From assembly GCF_963921235.1 (NCBI RefSeq), contig NC_086118.1:13146001-13210000 (forward strand): a stretch of DNA of 64,000 nucleotides, read 5' to 3'. Below, one piece after another: positions 38,560 to 51,119 of this stretch (the stretch's first letter is position 1; every line of letters begins with the position of its first letter). A program made the translations under genes and the position numbers. This DNA comes from Mobula hypostoma (Eukaryota). The notes beneath the pieces are model-generated. The model was not told where the DNA came from. It saw nothing but the letters and a program-made list of their open reading frames with translations, and made no database searches.

Positions 38560-39010
38560 ACATTTCCAGCAACAATTCAGAACAGCTTCAATCCCTCCAC
38601 CAACAGATTTCTGAATGGCCCATGAACTCATGAGCACCACCTCAATATTTTCCTTAACTAGTTATTTAGGTAACCATATAACCATATAACAACTACAGCA
38701 CGGAAACAGGCCATCTTGGCCCTTCTAGTCCATGCCGAACTCTTACTCTCACCTAGTCCCACCGACCCGCACTCAGCCCATAACCCTCCATTCCTTTCTT
38801 GTCCATATAGCCGTCCAATTTAACTTTAAACGACAACATCAAACCTGCCTCAACCAGTTCTGCTGGAAGCTCGTTCCACACAGCTACCACTCTCTGAGTT
38901 ATTTCGTAACTTATGGTAATTTTGTGTCTTTCCACTGTACTGCTCTGCAAAACAATATATTTCACATCAGATAAGACAGTGACAATAAGCCTGATTCTGA
39001 TTCTGACTCT
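38560..39010. mobile_element. Rex-type 3' tail (+) with a nested CR1 3' fragment (38672-38897, -)
   Basis: TQRVVAVWNELP...KLDGYMD on the minus strand with an accatata tail; flanks end in (attctg)n. Confidence 0.75.
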
Positions 39011-39183
39011 GACAGTCCTGTCCCTTGAGGAGGAGAGAACAAATCGGGAGGAAATATTACCATTTGCCTAGAAAGGTGATTTGGGAGAAGAAGGGCACTT
39101 GCTAAAGAAAGATTATAAAGCTAAAATATAAAGGAACCTCATGGACAAACTGGTAAGCAACAAAATAGATTTTGGAAGATTAA

Positions 39184-40096
39184 TGTTATGTCATCAGCAA
39201 CAATGAATATATACTTGAGTCAGGTTTTGTAAACAAACATAAACATTCATTAAACTCTGCTCAACAATAGTGAAAAGTATTCAAATGACTAACTTAACTG
39301 GAAGTTAACTGCTATAAGGCAACTCTGGAACAGTTCTTAAAGTGGTAAATTCGAACACAGTCCTAAAGTGGTAAATTCGAAAGTCCAACTGATTTATACA
39401 GTAAGGAGAGACTTCCCTGAAAACTGATTTCATCGGAGACGTGGCGTTACTGCTGATCCCAACCAAGATGCCCTGACCAAAGAATTCACGATGAAGGAAA
39501 TAAAACGGCTTAAAGGAACAGATCTTTTTCCTGGCGGGTGAACACTGCACAAATCTTCCTGATCTTGCAGGTATTTTCTCAGATGCAGGCCACTATTCCT
39601 GAATGAAGATTCAATAAGGTCGATCCTTTATAAAACCGTTGAACGACACCAATTTTACTCAATCCTTGGGGTTCCCGTACTTTAGTAAAGTCTTCACTCT
39701 CCAATACTAGACTGTAAAGGTAAATCAAAGGTACAACCAACAAAAACTGGCAGCGACTGGTGAAACTGCCGACACAATGTTTTTGTACCTTACAATAGAA
39801 AGTAAAAACTCTATTTCAAAACGAAACTGTTATGAGACAAATACGCAGCATAATGAAGTAACTAACGAATCAACTGATGAATTAACTGCGTGACAACAAG
39901 GGTTTCCCTTTATATACCTGTTGGGAACATGCCATCATGTGACCTCACACTGGTGGGAAAATTACACCATGTGACCTCACACTGGCAGGAAAACTACATC
40001 ACCCCACCATCACAAGACAATTACATCATGCTCACAAGATACTCAATTACATCATGGTCATAAGACAGTCACAAGATACCCACGAGGTATGTAACA
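39184..40096 (-). mobile_element. Solo LTR
   Basis: TGTTA...TAACA termini; 4-bp TSD ttaa (39180-39183, 40097-40100); minus-strand TATA-like ggtatataaag near 39910; short internal tandem repeats at 39933-40030. Confidence 0.8.
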
Positions 40097-40414
40097 TTAA
40101 ATATTTTCATTTAATCAGAATAAGATTCCACTTTATTATAATGCCAAGACGTGCAATATTTTGTTTTGCCGCAGCAGTAGACTATAAAGGTATAAAGATC
40201 TACAGTATAAACTACAAAAGCTAATAAATAGTGCAAAAAATCAAATTAATAGGTAGTATTTGGATTTATGGACTGCTCAAAAGTCTAATGGTGGAGGGGA
40301 AGAAGCTGTTCCTAAATCATTGAGCATGGGCTTCAGGCTCTAAGGAAACAGAATGTACATATTGTTGAATAACTGCTATGTGGAACCTATCGAATATTGA
40401 AAGTCCAAGAAAAA

Positions 40415-40735
40415 GTAGGCATGGAGAGGATGTTCCCTATATTGGGAGAGTCTAGGACTAGAGGGGACAGCCTCAGATTAAAAGGTTGTCCTGAGAAGAG
40501 GAGAGGATGGTGAATCTGTGGAATTCATTGCCACAGACAGCTGTGGAGGCCAAGGCATTCGATATATTTAAAGCAGAGGTTGATAGTTCTTGATTAGTAA
40601 CGGTGTCAAAGGCTACAAGAAGAAGGAGGGAGATTGAGGTTGAGAGAGATATTAGATTAGTCATGATGGATGGTGGAGCAGACTCAATGGGCTGAATGGC
40701 CTAATTCTGCTCCTATATCTTCTGGTCTTATGATT
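40415..40735 (+). mobile_element. CR1 3' fragment
   Basis: RMFPILGESRTRG...MVNLWNSLPQTAVEAK remnant and CR1 3' UTR (tctggtcttatg). Confidence 0.8.
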
Positions 40736-41131
40736 TGCTTCCAAATAGACTATGTCATGTCAGTATGTCTGTATGGTATGACTACACAACTATCAGTTCT
40801 CCTTGGTATGTTTTCACTGAATCTGTGCAAGGGACCATATTTTCTAGGATTCACATTAATATTTTCTGTGATATGCAGTGACATGGTTCAAAGCCTTCTG
40901 ATGAGTAACTCTTTCCCACAGACGTTTCGAGTACTTTGATGAATTGCAGTGGTGTGAAAGCTCTGCTTCCATATACAAAATAGAGTAAACATTTTAGGGT
41001 CTATTACTCATCTAACAAAGAGTTTCTGTGAGATGAACTGAGTAATGGAGCCCAGCAATGTTGCAAATTCCAGTCAATATGAGCTTCAAAGGCTACTTAG
41101 TTTCACAAAATGTCATTGTTGCTGTTTATAT

Positions 41132-42033
41132 TGTGACGAGAATACACATAGATTAAGATGTTAGCTGTCCTGTGCTGGCACCAGTGGGATCAGCAGTTGG
41201 TCTGCCACCTGCCTTCAGGAGAAAGAGAGATAAGGAAAACAATGGAGCAGGATTTGGAGATGTTAATGAAGGGACGGGAGAGTTGAACGGAAGGAGAGCT
41301 GTCAAGATCAGCTCCCCCTTTGAACCATGAGCTGTTTGAAGTGATGGACAGGCGATACCCCAGCAGGGGGATAAAAAGGGACAGGTTCGCTAAGGCAGGA
41401 CACACACGACACCCCGGGGTAACGAGACCCTGGAAGCGGTGCGTCTCCCATAAGTCGGTGGGAAGTTTTGGAAGGCTGGTCGCGGGACCAAGCCATAGAC
41501 GCACAGAATGGAAAGGCACGATCAGCGGGAACCTGGTGTGTGTCCGCCCTTGCCTAGGTGCCAGGTTCACCGCAGAGAAACGATCGTATCTGGAAACGGA
41601 GGGGTCACGGTTGGTGACCTCAGAAGACATCACAAAGGGCTCACACGAAAGCTGACTGCGAAGAATATCGAAGGTCTGTGTGGAAGCCGTTTGAATATTC
41701 ATTTGTTTTGCTCTCTCTCTCCTTCCCCCCACTGTCCATCTCCCACGGCAGTGATTATTGTGAACTGAACTGAACTAAATTGAACTGAACTTTGTGTCAC
41801 TTTGAAACTGGTCATTTACCCCTAGACGACGTTAGAGCTTGATTGATCCTGTTATCCTAATTCTGTGTACATGTGTGTTTATCATTGCTGAACTGTTGCA
41901 TTTATTATCCTTTTGATTAGAGTACTGTGTTGCTTGTTTCTTTAATAAAACTTTCTTAGTTCTAGTAATCCAGACTCCAACTGGAGTGACCCATTTCTGC
42001 TGGTTTGGCAACCCAGTTACGGGGTACATAACA
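41132..42033 (+). mobile_element. Solo LTR
   Basis: TGTGA...TAACA termini; 4-bp TSD atat (41128-41131, 42034-42037); gataaaa TATA-like motif at ~41370; aataaa at 41944. Confidence 0.88.
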
Positions 42034-42556
42034 ATATGCATGAGCAAATTAATGACAAGTTTGTGCAATTCTGAATCTCTTTCTACTGAAGCAAAAGAAT
42101 GGACCTTCAGTGAAGTAACATCCTCACTGTATCCGCCTACTCTGCAGGTTAAAGAGAAAAAAAGTTCAAATATGTCCTCAATACTCTCAATGTCAGTTTA
42201 TGCTTCATTGCCAAGTTACTGGGATGGCACTTGAACCTGACTCATATAAAATATTGCTCCTAAGCTGACACAATATTTACTGGTATTGAACCTGGGGTGT
42301 GAGTCGGTTAAAGATGAATTATACTGTTAGACAACTTGTTCTTTCTACTCTTGTGTGTGGAAAAAGAAGCATTGGGGAGAATCTAAAGATTTTGCGTTGG
42401 GTGTAATCAGCAGGTCAAAGTAGCAGTTTCAAACATTCTCTTTATAATGAGAAGAGAAATAGGTGGTTTCAGGTATGGGCAGGTGATAGGCAGAAAGAGT
42501 AGAAATAGCAACAGGTTCTGGCTGGTGATAGGTGAAGGTGACAACGGACTGTAGAT

Positions 42557-45500
42557 CAGGGGTCCCCAACCTTTTTTGCACCACGGACCGGTTTAATGTT
42601 AACAATATTCTGGTGGACCAGCCAACGGGGGTGGGGGTGTGTTAATCATCACCGGAATATAGGAGATTAGTCAACTCTAAGTCACTTACAAGTGGCTAAT
42701 ACACTCAATTTAATTTCTAAAGGGGTTTATCTAACGAATTTAATATTAAACACACAGCGCATATTTTCCTCGCATGAATATAGTGATAAGTCAATTATAA
42801 GTCACTTATAAGTCAATAGCATCATATCATTTTAAGTAATGTTTGGATATTAAACACACAGCACATACTTTCCTTGTATGAACATATGAAATCATCGCAA
42901 CACACCAATATCGCTGAATCAGTGGGAGCCCTGGGCTTGTTTCCCTGCAACAAGATGGTCCCATCAAGGGGTGATGGGAGACAGCAATACTCGAAGTGGG
43001 TTCCTTATGTCCAGTCTATTCCGCAATTTAGTTTTCGTTGCATTCATTGCAGAAAACTCTGCTTCACGTTAGTGTGGCAGTAGGATGGCCGCATTGTTTA
43101 TTCCAGGGAACAACTAATTACGCTCATGCCTGCTGGTTTAGCGAACAGAGCAGCAGACATCCCGGCTGAAATCTGTAGGAAAACACACAGAGGATGCAGA
43201 GGGGGATCAAAAAGGCGAGGGAAGAGGACCGGGTTGAGACAACAGAGGAGAAGAGAAGCTATAAGCCGTGTGTCCCCTCTCTCATCATGGGAAGTGTGAG
43301 ATCGCTGGGGAATAAAATTGGTGAACTGACAGCGCTTGTCAGGAGTCAGAGAACATTTCAGGAGAGCAGTGTCATGTGCTTTACTGAGACGTGGCTGCAC
43401 GAGGACATACCCGATCAAAGTGTTTCCATAGAGGGCTTCCAGACCTTTCGAACTGACCAGAATTGCACCGAGAGCAGTAAGCGTAAAGGAGGGGGGCTGG
43501 CGGTTCTGGTAAATAACAGATGGTGCAATCCTGGGCATATTACGATCAAGGAACGTGTCTGTAGCCCGGATATTGAACTTTTTGCTGTTGGACTCCGGCC
43601 ATATTATTTGCCAAGGGAAATCTCGCATGCAATTGTGGTTGTTGTGTACATCCCTCCCTCTGCAAACCTGACGTCGGCGTGTAACATCATTTACACCGTC
43701 ATAGCCAGATTACAAACCCAGCACCCAAGTGCCCTCATTACCATCTCGGGTGACTTTAACCAGGTTACCATGGCTAGAACACTGCCCAGCTTGACGCAGT
43801 ATGTGAGCTGTACAACCAGAGGGGAGAGGACTCTGGATTTGATGTACGCTAACGTTAAGGATGCATACAGCTCCTCTCCCCTCCCCCAATGGGAAAGTCA
43901 GATCACAACCTGGCGCATCTAAAACCCTGCTACGTGCCTCTGGTGAAGAGTAAAACTGCAACCTCAAGGACAGTGAGAAAATGGTCAGAGGAGGCTTATG
44001 AGTTGCTCCAGGGTTGTTTTGAGGTGACAGACTGGCAGGCACTCTGTGAGCCACATGGAGAGGATATTGATGGGCTCACAGAGTGCATCACGGATTACAT
44101 CAACTTCTGTGTGGACTGCAATGTTCCGACAAGAACTGTCTCTTGTTATTCAAATAACAAGCCATGGGTGACAAAGGACATTAAGGACATCCTGAACACT
44201 AAAAAGAGGGCGTTTAGAGATGGAAATAGGGAGGAGCTGAGGGCAATACAGAGGGACTGAAAGCCAGGATCAGGGAGGCTCAAGACAGGTACAGGAGGAA
44301 GCTTGAGTGGAAACTCCAGCAGAACAACATGAAAGAGGTCTGGAGGGGGATGAGGACCATCACTGGGTTCCGGTAAACTAGCAACAGAGGAGCTGAGGGC
44401 AGTGTGGACAGGACCAACGAACTTAACCTGTTCTTCAACAGATTTGACATTGTGGCCCCTGCCCATCCCCCACATGAGCCACCTGTTGTCGGCCCCCAAC
44501 CAACACATGTTCCACTCTCCCCTCCTACCCCTCCTCACAGTCCCCCACCCTGCTCTCATGACTATACCCCTTCCCCACATGAAACCGCCACGGAAAGCTT
44601 CAAGGCTGAACAGGTGAGAAGACAGCTGAAACGTCTCAACCCAGGCAAGGCTGCAGGACCGGATGGTGTCAGTACCAAAGTCTGTGCCCCTCAGCTATGT
44701 GGAGTACTTCACCATGTATTCAACCTGAGCCTGAGGTGCTGGAGGGTTCCTGTACTGTGGAAAACATCCTGCCTCGTCTCTGTGCCGAAGACGCCGTGCC
44801 CCAGCGGCCTCAATGACTATAGACCGGTGGCATTGACCTCCAACGTCATGAAGACCCTGGAGAGATTTGTTCTGGAGCTGCTCCGGCCCATGGTCAGGCC
44901 GCACTTAGATCCCCTCCAGTTCGCCTACCAGCCCCGACTAGGAGTTGAGGATGCCATCGTCTACCTGCTGAACCGTGACTACGCCTACCTGGAGAAGCCA
45001 GCAAGCACTGTGAGGGTCATGATTTTTGACTTCTCCAGTGCATTCAACACCATCCGCCCTGCTCTGCTGGGGGAGAAGCTGACAGCGATGCAGGTGGATG
45101 CTTCCCTGGTATCATGGATTCTTGATTACCTGACTGGCAGACCACAGTATGTGTGCTTGCAACACTGTGTGTCCGACAGAGTGATCAACAGCACTGGGAC
45201 TCCACAGGGGACTGTCTTGTCTCCCTTTCTCTTCACCATTTACACCTCGGACTTCAACTACTGCACAGAGTCTTGTCATCTTCAGAAGTGTTTGGATGAC
45301 TCTGTCATAGTTGGATGCATTAGCAAGGGAGATGAGGTCGAGTACAGGGCTACTGTAGGAAACTTTGTCACATGGTGTGAGCAGAATTATCTGCAGCTTA
45401 ATGTGAAAAAGACTAAGGAGCTGGTGGTAGACCTGAGGAGAGCTAAGGCACCGGTGACCCCTGTTTTCATCCAGGGGGTCAGTGTGGACATGGTGGAGGA

Positions 45501-47373
45501 TTACAAATACCTGGGGATACGTATTGACAATAAACTGGACTGGTCAAAGAACACTGAGGCTGTCTACAAGAAGGGTCAGAGCCATCTCTATTTCCTGAGG
45601 AGACTGAGGTCCTTTAACATCTGCCGGATGACGCTGAGGATATTCTATGAGTCTGTGGTGGCCGGTGCTATCGTGTTTGCTGTTGTGTGCTGGGGTAGCA
45701 GGCTGAGGGTAGCAGACACCAACAGAATCAACAAACTCATTCATAAGGCTAGTGATGTTGTGTGGATGGAACTGGACTCTCTCACGGTGGTGTGTGAAAA
45801 GAGGATGCTGTCTAAGTTGCATGCCATCTTGATCAATATCTCCCATCCACTACATAATGTACTGGGTGGACACAGGAGTACATTCAGCCAGAGACTCATT
45901 CCACCGAGATGCAACACAGAGCGTCATAGGAAGTCATTCCTGCCTGTGGCCATCAAACTTTACAACTCCTCCCTTGGAGGGTCAGACACCCTGTGCTGAT
46001 AGGCTGGTCCTGGACTTATTTCATAATTTACTGGCATACTTTACATATTACTATTTAACTATTTATGGTTCTATTACTATTTATTATTATGGTGCAACTG
46101 TAACAAAAACCAATTTCCCCCTGGGATCAATAAAGTATGACTATGATTATGACTATGACTATATGATGTTGGAAATGGAAGCAACGTTTTCGGGGCTTTC
46201 GTGGCTATCTCAGGATATTCAGCCTTGACTTTGATCCGGAATGCCGGCAGAGATGCTATGTCAAAGATGCTTTTCAGGCCACCATCATTTGCAAGCTCGA
46301 GGAGTTGATCTTCTTCCCGCGCTGACATGGATGATTCACCGGGGGCATTCACAAATGGGTCACGGTCATTCCTTTGCATGTCTTGGATCATTTGCGGTTG
46401 GGAAGTTACGCTTGAATTCTGTCGACAACGAAGATAGGTGATCACACACCAGCTGTGAGGAGGACGGTGCAGCCTCAGTTTCTCCCAAAATCCCAGCTAA
46501 CGTTGGGAACATGTCAAATATGCCCCTGTCCACTTTTCGTCCCCACAGTTTCATTTTGGCTTTGAAAGCAGACACTTTATCTGCCAACTTGAAGACAGTT
46601 GTCATTCTCCCCTGAAGTGACAAATTGAGTTCATTGAACAGGTTGAAGATGTCACACAGATAAGCAGTTTTGCTATCCACTCCTCGTCACTAAAGTGTGC
46701 TGCCAGTGGTAACTTTTTTCCTGAAAGAAATCTCTGTAGCTGCTCTCTTAACTCAAAAACCCTGGCCAGGGCTCTCCCCCTTCATAGCTACCTGACTCCA
46801 GTGTGTAAGAGTAGGTGTTTGTGCCCTGCATTCATTTCCTCACAAAGCTGCTCAAACAGACATTTCTTAGCCTTAGCAATACGGCTAGCCACCAAGTACG
46901 ACGCTCTCAGAGCAGTAGCATTTGTGGAGCTGGTGGCTCTCAGCACTTGCTTCTGTCCCACTTGCTCACGTTTTTTTCCACTCAAAAAATTCAACAGGTT
47001 TGTCTTTAAGTGCAGGGTGCTTGGACTCAAGGTGCTGAAGCCGTTTTGAGGGCTTCATTGCCTCATTAGGTAGCTTGTCTCCACATATCACACACAGGGG
47101 GCTTGGACCATGCGAATCACCGGTTGCATTAAAGCCATATTCTATGTACGACTCGTCGTATTTTCTGTTGAAGGAAGCTTTCTTTTTTTTTTGTAGTCTC
47201 GGCCTCAGCTGTCTCTGCGTTATCATCATCGTTAGGTCTTTTATGTCCCCTACCACCTCTTCCAAAGAAACTCTCAAGCAACTTTTGTTTTTTACTCATT
47301 ATACCGCCAAATCATATCGTTTCCTGGCAGCCGGGTAGCATATGTTTTGTGGCCCAGTGGTTGGGGACCACTG
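42557..47373 (-). mobile_element. hAT (Buster/Charlie-type) DNA transposon, internally deleted and interrupted by a LINE
   Basis: TIRs caggggtccccaacc / ggttggggaccactg; perfect 8-bp TSD ctgtagat (42549-42556, 47374-47381); transposase pieces RKYDESYIEYGF..PLCVICG, LLLHTGVR, AYLCDIFNLFNELNLSLQG, EYPEIATKA..LLPFPTSY, and C-terminus EAEFSAMNATKTKLRNRLD...QAQGSH* at 42919-43068. Confidence 0.95.
43069..46161 (+). mobile_element. Near-full-length Rex1/Babar-clade LINE (APE endonuclease + RT), frameshifted
   Basis: ORF 43194-43922 (FTETWL, GGGLAV, VYIPP, SGDFN), ORF 43889-44260, RT ORF 44404-45999 (DYRPVALT, DFSSAFNTI, GTPQGTVLSPFLF, CLDD); (tatgac)n tail at 46136-46161. Confidence 0.95.
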
Positions 47374-47579
47374 CTGTAGATGATGGAATCTGACGGGAGA
47401 GAGAGCACGTAACCAAATAAGAGAGGTGGGATGGGCACATGATTACTAGTACCACTTCCCCTCCCCTCACCCTTGTCGAAGGGCCAATACTGTTCTGTAC
47501 TGTTCTATATTCTATTTCTTCCACTTGGACTAAGGCTGTAGTGTGCAATTATTGGACTTCTGGTTCCACTACAGTGATG

Positions 47580-50038
47580 CCTGGTGTTGCCATCCCCTCT
47601 GAACTTCAACTCTTTGAGGCAGAACGCTCTGTCCTCAGTAAGGGCCTCACCTTTGTCCCCCTTCACCCACACCTCAGCGAGTTCCGCGTTCAACATGACG
47701 CTGAACTCTTCTTCCGCCGGCTCCATCTTCGAGCCTACTTCTTCAGCAAGGACTCTCCGACCCCCACCGATGACCCCTTCTCCCGTCTTCAACCCTCCTC
47801 CTCTTCATGGACACCCCACTCTGGTCTTCTGCCTGCTCTGGATCTCTTTATTGCTAACTGCCGACGGGACATCAACCATTTCGACTTCACCACACCTTGT
47901 TCCCATTCCAATCTCACTCCTTACGAATTCTCTGCTCTCCACTCCCTCCGCACTAATCCTAACCTTACTATAAAACCCGCTGATAAGGGGGGTGCTGTTG
48001 TAGTCTGGCATACTGACCTCTACCTTGCCAAGGCACAGTGACAACTCGCGGATACCTCCTCTTATTTACCCCTCAATCATGACCCCACTAAGGAGCACCA
48101 GGCCATTGTCTCCCACACCATCACCAACTTTATCTGCTCAGGGGATCTCCCATCCACTGTTACCAACCTTATAGTTTCCACACTCTGCACTTCCCGTTTC
48201 TACCTCCTACCCAAGATGCACAAACCTGCCTGTCCAGGTAGACCCATTGTCTCAACCTGCTCCTGCCCCACCAAACTCATTTCTGCATACCTCGACTCTG
48301 TTTTATCCCCCATTGTTCAATCCCTTCTCACCTATGTTCGTGACACTTCTCACACTCTGAATTTTTTCGATGATTTTAAGTTCCCTGTTCCCCGCTGCTT
48401 TATTTTCACCATGGATGTCCAGTCCCTATATACTTCCATCTCCCAGCAGGAAGGTCTCAAAGCACTCCGCTTCTTTTTGGATTCCAGACCTAACCAGTTC
48501 CCCTCTACCACCACTCTGCTTCGTCTAGCGGAATTAGTCCTTACTTTTGATAATTTCTCTTTTGGCTCCTCCCACTTCCTCCAAACTAAAGGTGTAGCCA
48601 TGGGCACCCATATGGGTCCCAGCTATGCCTGCCTTTTTGTTGGCTTTGTGGAACAATCCATGTTCCAAGCCTATACTGGTATCTGTCCCCCACTTTTCCT
48701 TTGCTACATCGACAACTGCGTTGGCACTGCTTTGTGCAAGCATGCTGAGCTCACTGACTTCATTAACTTTGCCTCCAACTTACACCCTGCCCTCAAGCTT
48801 ACCTGGTACATTTCCGACACCTCCTTTCCCTTTCTAGATCTTTCTGTCTCTATCTCTGGAAACAGCTTATCTACTGATGTCTACTATAAGCCTACGGACT
48901 CTCACAGCTACCTAGACTATTCCCCTTCCCACCCTATCTCTTGAAAAACTGCCTCCCCTTCTCACAATTCCTCCATCTCCGCCGCATCTGCTCTCAGGAT
49001 GAGGCTTTTCATTCCAGGATGAAGGAGGTGTCCTCCTTTTTTAAAGAAAGAGGCCTCCCTTCTTCCACCATCAACTCTGCTCTCAAACGCATCTCTCCTA
49101 TTTCATGCACATCTGCTCTCACCCCATCCTCCTGCTATCCCACTAGGAATAGGGTTCCCCTGGTCCTCATCTACCACCCCACCAGCCTCCAGTCCAACAT
49201 ATAATTCTCCGTAACTTACCCCACCTCCACAAAGCACATTTTTTTCTTCCCCCCCGCGCACTTTCCACAGGGATCGCTCCCTACGTGACTCCCTTGTCCA
49301 TTCGTCCCCTCATCCCTCCCCACCGATCTCCCTCCCGGCACTCATCCTTGTAAGTGGAGCAAGTGCTACATATGCCCTTACACTTCCTCCCTCACCACCA
49401 TTCAGGGCCCCAGACAGTCCTTCCAGGTGAGGCGACACTTCACCTGTAAGTCGGCTGGGGTGATATACTGCGTCCGGTGCTCCCGATGTGGCCTTCTATG
49501 TATTAGCGAGACCCAACGCAGGCTGGGAGACCGTTTCGCTGAACACCTACGCTCTGTCCGCCAGAGAAAGCAGGATCTCCCAGTGGCCACACATTTTAAT
49601 TCCACATCCCATTCCCATTCTGATATGTCTATCCATGGCCTCCTCTACTGTCAAGACGAAGCCACACTCAGGTTAGAAGAACAACACCTTATATTCCGTC
49701 TGGGTAGCCTCCAACTGATGGCATGAACATTGACTTCTCTAACTTCTGTTAATGCCCCACCTCCCCATTTGTTTCTCCTTATGCCTCCTATCCCATGATC
49801 TTCTCTCTTCTCCGGCCTCGTATCCCTTTTGCCAATCAACTTTCCAGCTCTTAGCTGCATCCCTCCCCCTCCTGTCTTCTCCTATCATTTCGAATCTCCC
49901 CCTCCCCCTCCCACTTTTAAATCTCTTACTAGCTCTTCTTTCAGTTAATCCTGACGAACGGTCTCGGCCCGAAACGTCAATGGTACCTCTTCCCATAGAT
50001 GCTGCCTGGGCTGTTGCGTTCACCAGCATTTTGTGTGT
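47580..50038 (+). mobile_element. Penelope-like element (RT + GIY-YIG endonuclease), disrupted
   Basis: VLSKGLTFVP, IKPADKGGAVVV, GRPIVS, TMDVQSLYTSI, QTKGVAMGTHMGPSYACLFVG, YIDN, GVIYCVRCSRCG; 3' repeat with hammerhead motif. Confidence 0.95.
49946..49981 (+). ncRNA. Hammerhead ribozyme motif (partly degenerate)
   Basis: CTGACGA-acggtctcggccc-GAAAC-GTC with mutated stems. Confidence 0.55.
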
Positions 50039-51119
50039 GGAACTTCAGTTCTGACTGTTTTTCGTTTGCTTTTATTGCTTGCACGATTTGTTTTTTTTTA
50101 CTGTCTCTCACACTGGGTGTTTGATATTCTGCTTTTGTTTTAATGGGTTCTATTAGGGTTCTTTGTTTCGTGGATACCTGTAAGGAGGTGAATCTCAAGG
50201 TTGTATAAAGTATACATACTTCGATAATAAAATGTATTTCGAACTTCTAAGTTTGAATCAAACTAGTTCTTATTTTGTTGTTGTTTTCTACCAGTCTTTA
50301 GTTAGAATTGCAGCTCTTTCAGTTCAGCAATGTATTTCCTGCGTGGATTATCATTTACAAACTCGGCCATCAAGAAACATAATTATATGCAGCATGAAGA
50401 GAAATCATGCAGGAGAACATTTTGGTAGAAATTCTAAATATAGTTTATGGTCAGAATGACAAACATCAATAATCATCCCTTGCCTTCTGTTCTCAGATCT
50501 ATCTGACTGATTAACTAACAGAGCAGTTTTCAATTTTTAGTGCGAGAAATCTTTATCAATGTCAGTATATCTTTCATTCATCAACTCTGTTACTAGTTCC
50601 AAGCTGTTTTCTTTGCACATTCTTCAGAATATCAAGCCATGTGCTTCTATAAGTTTTTTCATCAAATTGCAAAACAGTGAATTTGAGAACAGTGTTTACT
50701 GCCGATTATAGAAGTTTGTGTATTTGCTTGCTTGTATTGAAAGTAATTGGTAGTTTAGAGTGGTGTACAATGTAATCCTGATTCTGAATTGCTCCAACAA
50801 CATGACTAATTATCCAGAAATATAGAATGACAGTGGTTCTTTTCATTACTTGATCTTTACTTGGAATGTAATGTAACTATTATTAGAAGAACTTTCAGAC
50901 ATAAACTAAATTTTAAAAAACTTACGAACACAAATTATTTTACATGTTTATGGAAAAATTGTTAACTTACATTTACAATGTTAGACTAATTAACATTTCT
51001 CTTCCCATACAAAAAGCTGGAGGAATTCAACTGGTCAGATAGAACCTATGGAGGGAAACGGACAGCTGATATTTCAGATCAAGATCCTTCATCTCAATCC
51101 TTCACCAGTTAAGATATAA

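Noticed and set aside
41190..41768. 180-aa and overlapping ORFs
   Set aside because: They lie inside a TSD-bounded solo LTR and show no protein motifs.
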